Source: Selaginella moellendorffii (lineage: Eukaryota; Plantae; Lycopodiophyta). Taken from it: a DNA stretch of 64,000 bases. Numbering within the stretch: the stretch's first letter is position 1; the number at the start of each line of letters is the position of its first letter. The stretch covers positions 474,072-538,071 of the forward strand of contig NW_003314289.1 in assembly GCF_000143415.4 (NCBI RefSeq), written 5' to 3'. The position numbers and the translations under genes were made by a program. Shown piece after piece: positions 1-10,655 of the stretch. The notes below the pieces were generated by a model. The model ran no database searches. It saw only the letters and a list, made by a program, of their open reading frames with translations, and had not been told where the DNA came from.

Positions 1-174
1 CAAATGGTTTCTCGGCGATGACCCACGACCTCTGCCGCAGGAGCAGCAAAATCCCAACTTTTTTCTTTGTCTCTTTCCACAATCCACTTCTTTGATTTCG
101 TTCTTGCAAGCTCCACAAAGTTTTCTAGATTTCAATCCGGACTAAATCACTAAATCCTCTCCAATTGCCCTCTC

Positions 175-177
<3 letters not shown>

Positions 178-213
<36 letters not shown>
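178..213. repeat. (CT)n microsatellite; a second tract at about 575-610 in intron 1
   Basis: Direct reading of TC dinucleotide runs. Confidence 0.95.
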
Positions 214-216
<3 letters not shown>

Positions 217-219
<3 letters not shown>

Positions 220-572
220 AACAGTATGATCAACAAAGATGATCCTCCTCCCCTTCCTCTCGATCATCGCGACCCAATTGTCGCCATCCAGTTCGAGCTC
301 AAGCGCTTGCGGCGCTCCAGTGTTAGGCTCCGGCGGGCGCTGCTAGGCCTCAGCGCCGCCTTCCTGGCACTAGCAGTGATCGTGGCCGCCATCGCTGGCT
401 CGCAGGGCACCAAGATCTCGAGCCTGGACGATCGCCAAGGTCTGATTTCCAATCCCAACGTCGCCTTTGCGTCGAGAACTGGAAGGAAGAACTTGAATGG
501 CCTCACCTATGGCGGGAGCTTGTTTCGAGGGAGTGGATTCTGGGCCATGAAACCGAGGTTACCATGTAAGAT

Positions 573-616
<44 letters not shown>

Positions 617-1973
617 AAGAAGATCTCGGACACCATCTCGGCTAGTTGCGATTGTCTTTCTCATTCTCGTTTTTCTACAGATAATTTGGCCGATCACGCA
701 GCTATTGGAGTGGATCCAGACGAGCTCATCTTTATAATTGGAGGATCTCTCATAGATGGAAATGTGACCAGCGATGTTTGGAAGTATGATGCGGTGTTTC
801 GAAACTACACAAAGGTGGCGTCAATGCCTGAGCCTCGTTATCGGTTTGGGGCGGCTTTGCTTGATAGTAAGAGGTGCTCTAAGCTATTGGAGATTAAGTT
901 TGATAGGTGGTGTTTTGCTTTGGTTTTTTTTCATTGTGACATACAGAGAAAATTTACATTGTTGGGGGAAGAAATAGCTCAAGTCCAGAAAATATTGCTC
1001 TGGTGAAATCCACGCTTATTTACGACATCGCTAAGAATGAATGGAGCCGTGGAGCCGATCAGATCGATTTCCATGGAGATACTTGCGCTGCCAGTGTCAA
1101 TGGCAAGGTTTGTATATTGTTCTAAATTTTTATATATTTTCAATATTATTTTAATTCCAATGTCAACGCAGATTTATGTTGCTGGAGGCTATGGATTCGA
1201 TTACAACTTTCTAAACAGCGTGGAAGTTTATGATCCCGCCAAGAACCAATGGTCCAAGGTTCCAAACATGCCAACGCCACGAGGAGATCTTATGTGCGTA
1301 AGTTTCATGAACGAACTCTACGTTCTTGGAGGCTACTATGTAAGTTTGATCAAACCTCTCAAAGTTTTTACTTTCAAGTTTTTTACTTTTGTTCCATCAA
1401 GGATCCCACGAACAAAGGTGGCAATGCGTTTTTAGCCGCAATGGAATCGTTTAATCCTACCACTGGGCAGTGGACAAAACGACCAGACATGTTAACACCC
1501 CGTGGTGACGCAGTACGTTACTATGTCATTTTTACTTGAAAAAGTAACTTTTGCACTAGGCTGCGTTGGTTCTTCCCGGGAACAAACTTATGATCGTTGG
1601 AGGCGAGGGCCATTACCGCGACAAGGATATTTTCAAGTATCCCAAGCACGTAAACGAGGTAACTTTGGAAGTTCTCTACGTTTTCTCGAGCTTGGCTTGG
1701 ATGATCTTTTTCGCTCCCAAGGTGTTCTATGGAGACGATCAAACTTGGGTCCAAAAAGCTATGATCCCAACGCCGAGATTTAGAACTGCTGGAGCTGTCG
1801 CTGGCGGAGTAGCTTTCGTTTTTGGAGGAGCCGACGTTTGTATCGCGGTGGATATCTGTCCCGTACAAAACACCACCGAGACTTTCCTGGACGTGGATCA
1901 TCCTCGCGTCTATCTGTATCTGAAAAACGAGGCATACAACGATAACTTGGAGAGCACTACTTATCCTGTGTGA
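217..1973 (+). CDS. Type II membrane-anchored Kelch-repeat protein (multi-exon)
   Basis: N-terminal basic stretch and hydrophobic helix (ALLGLSAAFLALAVIVAAIAG), then Kelch repeats across GT-AG exons (FIIGG..VWKYD, IYVAGGY..SVEVYDP..W..MPTPR, LYVLGG, LMIVGG, AFVFGG). Stop TGA at 1971-1973. Confidence 0.85.
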
Positions 1974-2079
1974 TGCGACGAAGCTAAGAAAGCTTCTACC
2001 TCTCTCGCTCGCTCGCTAGCTCGTGTAAAAAGTTCTTACCAGAGCGTTGATAAAATAGTTACAGAGCTGACGCTCATTC

Positions 2080-4200
2080 TCACATTTTAGAGGCTTTAGC
2101 AACAGCCAGCCCTGCAAAGAGAGGAGAAAAGGAACGGCTTTGTGAGCTATGGTGGAAGTTACTATCAGACACTTACCCAATGCTTTCGCATTAACAATGC
2201 TCGGGCACGCCANNNNNNNNNNNNNNNNNNNNNNNNNNNNNNNNNNNNNNNNNNNNNNNNNNNNNNNNNNNNNNNNNNNNNNNNNNNNNNNNNNNNNNNN
2301 NNNNNNNNNNNNNNNNNNNNNNNNNNNNNNNNNNNNNNNNNNNNNNNNNNNNNNNNNNNNNNNNNNNNNNNNNNNNNNNNNNNNNNNNNNNNNNNNNNNN
2401 NNNNNNNNNNNNNNNNNNNNNNNNNNNNNNNNNNNNNNNNNNNNNNNNNNNNNNNNNNNNNNNNNNNNNNNNNNNNNNNNNNNNNNNNNGGCACCACAAC
2501 GGCGTTTGGCATCTCTGCTAGGCCGGGCTTCATAAAGGGCTCGTCCTGATAAGTTTTTTTGGTTGATGGTTAGCCACAGTAAAAGTATTCACGGGCTGTC
2601 TACCTCAAAAACATCAAGTCCCGCACGAAACATTGGGTTGGCTTTCAGATGTGCAACCAAGGCCACCTCATCAATCACTGGCCCCCTGCTTGCGTTGATT
2701 AATATGGCATCCTGTAGCAAGCAGTTAAAAATGTTTGCATGAGGTACTTTTCGTGCGTATAATATGTTCACCTTTTTCATGATTGAAAGCCTTTCCGTGT
2801 TCATCAGATGGTATGTTGTTTTGTCAAGTATTGGATGTAGACTCACCTGGACAAGGATCATAAAGCCATTTTATCAGTGTGATGGAATGAAACTGGACAG
2901 ACCACATCCGCCTCTCTAAGAACGTCTTCCACCGTTGCAGCTCTTTTCCAAGTGACCGGAGTCTCTCCTTGGGACTTGAGAAACTCTCCATACGCTGCAT
3001 GAAATGGTTACTGTTTGTTCATTACTGTCGAGTGATGAGATCTGGCATTCTCACCTGTGACAAATTTCTCCAGTCTCGTAGACTGATAGAGATCGTAGTA
3101 AATGACATCCATCTTAAACCCTTCAACCTGCACTCGAAAGCAATAAAAAAATACCGCACAAGCTTTCCGGAAGCAATGATACCATCATTCGTGCATAGGC
3201 CGATCCAATCCTCCCAGCACCGATGATTCCAACAGTTTGTCCCTTGAGCAAGTTCCCAATGAATCTGCAAGCAGGGACGCTCACACATCAGTCAAAACAG
3301 CACCCGGGAGCACAATGTACCTGCAAATTTTCATTTGGATTTTTTTCGGTCGCAGACAAGACTTACAAGAAGGGAAGCCATCCTTTGTATTTCCCAGCTC
3401 GCATAAACGAGTCCGACTCCACAATTCTCCTGGCAACAGCCAGCGTTAACGAAGCGGCAAGCTCAGCTGTCGTCTCGGTGAGAACACCCTGTAAGATCAT
3501 TAAATGATGTTGTTACAAACTCAGAGAGATCTTTAAGAGCTAGAACAAAAGCAAAGAGAGAATGAAGCAACTTAACTGGAGTGTTCCCCACTGAGACTCC
3601 ATTCCGCGTAGCAGCGTCCACATTAACGTTGTTGTAGCCCACTGCCATGTTGCTAAAGGCGTGGCCGCCGGCTTTCTTCAATGCTCCAAAGAGAGCATCG
3701 CCCCAGTCCTCAGTGAGCTATAGTAGAGAAACACTTGGTATTAAAAAGAAATCCAGCAAAGTGGAAAGGAAGCAAAGAACCATAAATTTTGGCTCTCGCG
3801 ATACCTGGCCGATGACGCCGTCGCATTTGCTGCCGATGAGCGCGACAATGTCTTCCACGCTGAGAATGATCTTTTCCTCCGTGCAAACCTTGGAAAATAA
3901 ATGCGCAGAGAATGAATCCAAGGACTCATGAGGGACAAGCGAGCGATCGAAAGCAAAAAGGACTCGAGGACGATTCTTTCTCGTCCGGAAGAGATTAAAG
4001 ACCGAGAAAGCATCCAAGAATGCACGAGAAAGACGAGATTTCACGCAATTTCACGAAAGCTTCCAAAGAAAGGGGAGATCTCTCACCTCTACACGGCATC
4101 CGCCATCGACGAGGAGCTGGATCCATCGCGCTCCAGGCATCGGCTTGGTGCTCACGACGCGATATTTCCCCCATGGATTGTGAACCTCCACCTTGGCCAT
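2080..4200 (-). CDS. HPR: Peroxisomal hydroxypyruvate reductase (glycerate dehydrogenase); partly in a sequence gap
   Basis: Spliced translation gives MAKVEVHNPWGKYRVVSTKPMPG, AFSNMAVGYNNV, GVLTETTAELAASL, SLHPILDKTTYHL, NASRGPVIDE and EPFMKPGLA. It ends ..GLAVAKASKM* (PTS1-like). Confidence 0.95.
2213..2489. other. Assembly gap (N run); second gap at 14080-14179
   Basis: Runs of N. Confidence 0.99.
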
Positions 4201-6738
4201 CGCGGGAGAAATGCCGCTGGCTCAGCCCTAATCCCATCCCAGCCATTGGTTTGCCACCCAACGGCTAGGATCGGGATGGCGCTGCGACACGTGGCGCGCG
4301 CTGGTGAGGGAGCGGCAGAGCCGTCGATGCGTTGTACTTTTTGACGTGGCGAGATCTGGACCCTAGATCCTGTCTTAGGGCAAACAAGGGGTTAAAGGAC
4401 ACCAAAATGACAAACGAATATGCGGACACTGTCTATTACAATTTTTTCGAATCTTTTTTTCCTCCCAATAGTCTGGAAATTTTTTGTTTTTCTTGTTTGT
4501 CTTGTCTTTTTTACTTCCCGAGAAAATTCCAAAAGAAAAGCCACAAAAAATATCATCTTTGGTTGGTTGTGTTGAGAAGACCAAATGCGCAAAGTCCAAA
4601 GGCGAGCAGCCCTCTGACTCGCCCAGTCTGCGACTGCCCGCTGCTCGATAGAATAGAAGCGACCAAAGAAGAAGGTCCACTTCCACTTCCACCGTATAGA
4701 TCTAGACGTCCCAGCTTAGCGATCAAAGCTTATAAGCGCGGCCCTTTGATCGATCTCTGGGAAGAATCGTGTTCTTCCGGGTGATTGATTGGATTGATGT
4801 GCCTCTAGGACTATACAATTCACCACTGATCAACTGCCAGGAGGAAGAACAAGAGCGTGTGTTGTGCATACACATATATAAGAGTTTATTTTCTCTTCCT
4901 TTTTGGCGGTGGATTTGGCCGAGCCTCCATAAACTTTCCTGGCACCGCGAATGCGAGAATACAACGAGGTAAGCAAAGCCTGCCAGTCCATTGCACTGCA
5001 CTTGCATTGCCATTGCATTGCGTTTGCCCCCCCTCCCTTCTCTCTCTCTCTTCCTTTTCATTCCATTGCCGCGTTGTTTTCCCGATTGGATCCCGCATCT
5101 GGGTCGATCTTTCAGATCAATCCGACTTGATGGGTCGATTTCTCTCGTCGCGATCTCTGGTGGGTCAATGCCGGATTCCTGTTGGCTATCGGGATTTGCT
5201 TGTGGGTCGTGTTAGCGCAAATGCCCAGACCGGGCATTTGCTGTAAGATGGTGTGTCCTCCCTTTTTTTCTCGTTGCTTGGGCACAACACGAGAAGTAGG
5301 GAGGAGGACCCCATGTCTGTTATTTCCCCACCCTCTTTCTCGTGTGGCCCTTTTGTGCTTTTGGTCGCATTCGCAATCCCCACCAGGATCTTCTCAAACA
5401 GTCGGAGCATTTAAAACCCACTACTTCTCGCTCTTGTCCATTGCAAGACGAGATTTTTTTCTTTTTTTCCTCCTTCGTTTCGTGCTTTCTTTCTTCTTTA
5501 TGAACCCTCAGCCAAGACGCCAGCCAAGCCGGCAGTAGCAGCAGGAGCAGCAGCGCGGTAGGAATTTTTTTGCGTTTTTTTCTCACAAAAACCATCTTTT
5601 CTTCGTTTTTTTTTCTTTTTTATTTTTGCTCGATCTTTGTTGTTTCTCTTCGTTTTTGTTTGGTGGTCTTATTGTGATCTCCATTATGAGCTTCTTGTTT
5701 CCAGCATTCACTCATCCTTTCATTCAATTCCATTTCTTTCATTCATTCAGTCACTCGCGCAACTCCACTCAGTCACTCGCTCATTCATTCACTCATTCGG
5801 TTTTTTCTCTCTCGTTTTTTTTTTCCATTTCTCTCGTTTTTTTTGCGTGTTTTCTTTCGCATGAATCCATGGATTCATGAATTCCATCCATCTCTTTATC
5901 CCCTCAGGTAGTATAGCAGCAGTATAGAGCTGGAAAGTCGTAATGCATAACTCGCTGGCATACCTGTAGGCATACAGTACAAAAACTTTCACGCAGACAA
6001 GCAAGAACACACTTGTTCTTTCTCTATTCTTTTCTTCTCTTTTCTTCATTCACTCTTTCTCTCTCTTGAGCGTTTTAAACTTTTGCCTCTCGTAAACTCT
6101 CTCTCTCTCGCGGTGAGAGAATGAGAAAGTCGAGTCTCTCGATCGCTCGTATTCATGATTTTTCGTGAGATGTTTCTATACACTAATCCACCGCACGTGT
6201 ACGTGTTTTGTTATCAGGAATGTCAATGGATCTCTTGGAGCTGCTGAGCCCCCATAGCTAGACTCTAGCTAGCTTCCTCCTCCATAGCTCTCGCAGTAAA
6301 GAAGGAGAACTTTAGAATCCATATCCATATCCAGGAACTCAGGAAGAACAACAAAGATGGAACCTCGAAGAAGAAGGGGTCTCGAGAGTGAGTTTTCTTC
6401 TTTGCTTGTTCTTGTGAATCTCTCCTTCTCACTCGTTGTGAATCCAGCGTTTTAATCTCGCGGGAGCCGCCGTGAGAGAGCGTTGAGCCCGTGAAAGGGA
6501 GAGACGGGGAGAGAAAGAAGAGCTCACAACTTCGTAGCCTTTCCTTCTCTCTCTTTCTCTCAAGGAAGACGTGATTCACTCCTTCCTCGCTTACCAAAAT
6601 CATACTTTTCCACGGCGACCATCTCTCTCTCTCTCGCTCAATCTCTTTGAGACATGGGAGAGGTTGAAGCTGCAGTGACCAAGAACTCCAAAAATTCTTC
6701 TCACTGCTACTTCGAGCAGGCTCCTCCCAGTGACAGGA

Positions 6739-7109
6739 ATGGCGACTATCTTCACTAGCGATGCTCACAAGAACCCCGGAGCTTGGACAGGAGGATTTGA
6801 CAACAACACGAACAACTATCTTCCAGGCATGGTGATGATGCCTGTGCCGCTGCTTCATCCACACAAGAACACTTCGGGGCTGTGCCTTGGGCTCGTAAGT
6901 AACTCCTCTTCCTCTTTTGCCATCTCTAGAGCTCCATAGAGTTTCCATAGCTTCTCTTCCAGGAGCTCAGTGTCTAAAATTTGGATTTTCCACTCTTGCC
7001 AGTACTGATGCCTCGAGTTTAGTCGTGATTTAATGCAGCCAAGCGGGCTGGAGGGGTCTGGAAGTGGTGCTGGAGGTGGAAGCAAGCTTCCGGAGGATGA
7101 GAACAAATC

Positions 7110-7141
<32 letters not shown>

Positions 7142-10100
7142 GTGTTGGTGGTAGTGGCAGTGGTGGCGGTGGTGGTGGTGAGCCCGGAATGGAGGGAGCT
7201 TCTAGTGAAGATCAGGAACCGAGTGATCAGCCACCTCGCAAGCGGAGATTTCACCGACACACGCTCCGCCAGATACAAGAGATGGAAATGTAAGTCTTGA
7301 AAGTTTCCTCCTTCCTCGAGAATCTCTTTAAGTTCTAAAGCTTTTGCTCCTCTCTCTTGCTCTTCTCTCCTTTTTCTTGCTGGTTTCATTCACTCATTCA
7401 CTCGTAGGTCCCGATGATGGTTTCTTTCGATTCTTTTAGTTTTTTATTGTCATTGTTACATTGACTCGTATCTTACCGATGTTTGTCTTCGTTTGCATTT
7501 TTTTTTTCTTTCAGGGTCTTCAAAGAATGTCCTCACCCGGACGAGAAGCAACGAATGCAGCTCAGCCGAGAGCTGGGGCTGGAGCCCCGGCAAGTGAAGT
7601 TTTGGTTCCAAAATCGTCGCACACAGATGAAGGTAAGCATCAAAGTCTTCGAGGAGAATGGAGGAAAAAAGAGATTTTTTGGTCATTTTTTCGAGAAAGA
7701 GAGTGCTGGTTCTGGGTGTAATTCGAAAGTTTTAGACAGGCACATCAAGAACGAGCGGAAAACTCCATGCTCAGGGCCGAGAACGAACGCCTCCGCTCCG
7801 AAAACATTGCGATGCGAGAGGCTCTCAAGAACGCAACTTGTCCGCACTGTGGCGGCCCCGCGACGTTGGGAGAGATGTCCTACGACGAGCAGCAGCTGCG
7901 AATCGAAAACGCTCATCTCAAAGACGAAGTAAGCTTTGCTGCAAAGGAAAAAATCGTTTTTTTTTCCTTCAAAAGTTGATGAAACTTTTCTTTCGCTCCA
8001 TGCAGCTCGATCGAGTATCGTCTCTAGCAGCCAAGTACCTCTCCAAACCCGGTGGCGGAGCTCCTCACGGACTTAGCGTCCAGACGAGCTTACCGGGGAC
8101 GTCGCTGGATCCCAGCGCTGCGGCGTTTGGACCACCGTCGAGCAGCGCTCTAGCAGTTACTCCGGGACCATCGATGCTGGAGCTTGCCACTCGTCCGGGG
8201 GGACTTTCACAGGTGGAGAAGCCGCTCGTCGCGGAGCTCGCGATCATTGCAATGGAGGAGCTGCTGGCACTGGCTCAATCGAGAGAGCCACTGTGGATCC
8301 TGGAAGAGAATGGAGCTAAGGAAAGCTTGAATGGCGAGGAATATATGCAGCAGTTTTCCAGAGGATTGGGACCAACTCCTGTAGGACTCAAGTCCGAAGT
8401 TACTCGCGACACTGGTCTCGTGATGATGAATGGAGCTGCCTTGGTTGACACTATCATGGACGCGGTAAAGCTTTTCTTTCCTTTCGTATTTTATACTGAG
8501 AAAAATCTTTTCTGTTTTTTCTTTTCAGGGAAGATGGATGGATATGTTCTCATGTATTATTTCTAGAGCTTTGACCTCCGAAGTTCTCTCCACTGGCGTG
8601 GGTGGTAATTGGAACAATGCATTACAACTTGTGAGTATACGAATCCTTTTTAGTTTCTTGTGAGTTCATAGTTTGCATTTTCTTTCTAGATTGCATTGCT
8701 GGTCTCGAGTTTGCTTCAAGTTCTCCTTGCGAGCTTTCAAGCATAGATTTTCTTTGTTTCTCTTGCAGATGTATGCCGAGTTTCAAGTGTTATCACCGCT
8801 GGTGCCGACGAGAGAGGCTTACTTTTTGCGCTACTGCAAGCAACACGCGGAAGGAGTGTGGGCGATAGTCGATGTTTCGGTGGACGGTCTGCGAGAAAAT
8901 CCACCTCCACAGCTCCGGAACAGGCTTCGTCCCTCGGGGTTTTTGATCCAAGACATGCCAAATGGATACAGCAAAGTAAGCCATGGTTTTTCCTCTCTTT
9001 TTTTCACACCACCTTGCTGTTCCAGGTGACCATTCTTCAGCATATGGAGTACGATGATCGCCAAGTAAACAACATGTACCGCGGACTCGTGAGCAGCGGT
9101 CTAGCATTCGGTGCCAAGCGATGGCTCGCAACCTTGCAACGCCAGTGCGAACGTTTGGCAGTTCTTTTGGCCACCAACATCTCCCCTCGAGATCTAGGCG
9201 GTAAAAAACTCTTCTTTTCTAGCGAAAAAACAGATTTTTCTTTAGTTTCTAGCTATGGTCGTGCTGATCAATTCTTGCTTTTCTTTGCAGTGATTTCCAA
9301 CGCTACCGGACGTCGCAGCATGCTCAAGCTGGCGCAGCGAATGACCAATAACTTCTGCGCGGGTGTGAGCGCATCGACGGTGCACACCTGGACGACTCTC
9401 TCGGGCAGCGGCGAGGATGACGTGCGAGTCATGACGCGTAAGAGCATTGACAATCCTGGGGAGCCGCCAGGAATCGTTCTAAGCGCCGCTACTTCCCTCT
9501 GGATGCCTGTGAGCCCCCAGAGAGTTTTTGAGTTCCTCCGGGATGATCGTCTCAGGAGCGAAGTAAGTTTGCCATCTTTTCTTCTTCGTTTTACTTGGTT
9601 TTGCGCGATCGCTTCACTCACGTATCAATGAATTCGCAGTGGGACATTCTTTCGAACGGTGGCTCCGTCCAAGAGATGGCTCACATCGCAAAGGGTCATG
9701 ATCCAGGCAACGTTATCTCGCTCCTCCGTGTGAACGTAAGATATCTCCCTTTTCTTCTCTAGTTCTTCGTAAATCTAAGCTTTTTTCTTCTTGCTCAGGC
9801 TCTAAACACCTCCCAGAGCAACATGTTGATCCTCCAAGAGAGCAGCACCGACGAGTCCGGCTCTCTCATCGTCTACGCTCCGGTAGACATACCAGCCATG
9901 AACTTAGTGATGCAAGGCGGCGATCCAGCCTACGTTGCTCTACTTCCTTCCGGATTTGCCATACTCCCGGAGGGCCCTCGATCGATCGGCACCACCCCAG
10001 AGACGAGCAGCCGAGCAAGCAGCGGCGAGCCGGGGTGCTTGCTCACGGTAGCTTTCCAGATTCTCGTCAGCAACGTTCCAACCGCGAAGCTCAACTTGGA

Positions 10101-10176
10101 GTCCGTGACAACGGTGAACAGTCTCATCTCGTGCACTGTCCAGCGGATCAAGACGGCTCTCAGCTGCGAGACTTAA
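6739..10176 (+). CDS. Class IV HD-ZIP transcription factor (homeodomain, zipper-loop-zipper, START, SAD), ANL2/HDG1/OCL-like
   Basis: Motifs [53 protein letters not shown] ([14 protein letters not shown]) and SAD ([21 protein letters not shown]). First exon 6739-6894 ends SGLCLGL|gtaagt and splices in frame to 7039. Confidence 0.95.
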
Positions 10177-10352
10177 AGAAACATCGGATTTTACGCAGGA
10201 AAGTCGGAATAAGGTGGGGTTTGTTCGGGAAAGATGGCAGAAGGAACAGGATCGTCGACAGGAAAAAACTGGCAAAAATGGTGGGATTTAGCAGGGGTTT
10301 TAGAGGGACAAACAAATGAAGAACAGCAACCAAGAACACAAAAGGGGGATGG

Positions 10353-10655
10353 AGTCAAGAACGCACCACAGACCAGATTTTAGAATCCTTGCCTCGTGGT
10401 AAAGCATTGGAGACGAAGAAGACATCAACGACGACGAAAAGACGTGGTTTGCTAATTTTTATTCGAGAGGAGAGTGAGAGAAGAGGTTTTTTTTTTTTGG
10501 ATTCCTTCTTCTTCTTCCTTCTTCATGCATACTTTCTAGCGCAGCGGATGGATTGAGAGGCCTTTTTCTGGTTCTTCCTCCTCGATTCTTCCTTGCGCTA
10601 GAAGCTGTGCATGGTGCTTCACCACTCGGCAAGGAGCGTGGTTCGGGTATTGACT
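10353..10655 (+). promoter_or_regulatory. Paired conserved HD-ZIP IV 3'UTR elements (AGTCAAGAACGCACCAC at 10353-10369; GTGGTTCGGGTATTGACT at 10638-10655)
   Basis: Both motifs match the conserved 3'UTR elements known from HD-ZIP IV genes and are partially complementary. Confidence 0.85.

Noticed and set aside
2142-2549. ORFs spanning N runs (also near 14080)
   Set aside because: Gap artefacts.
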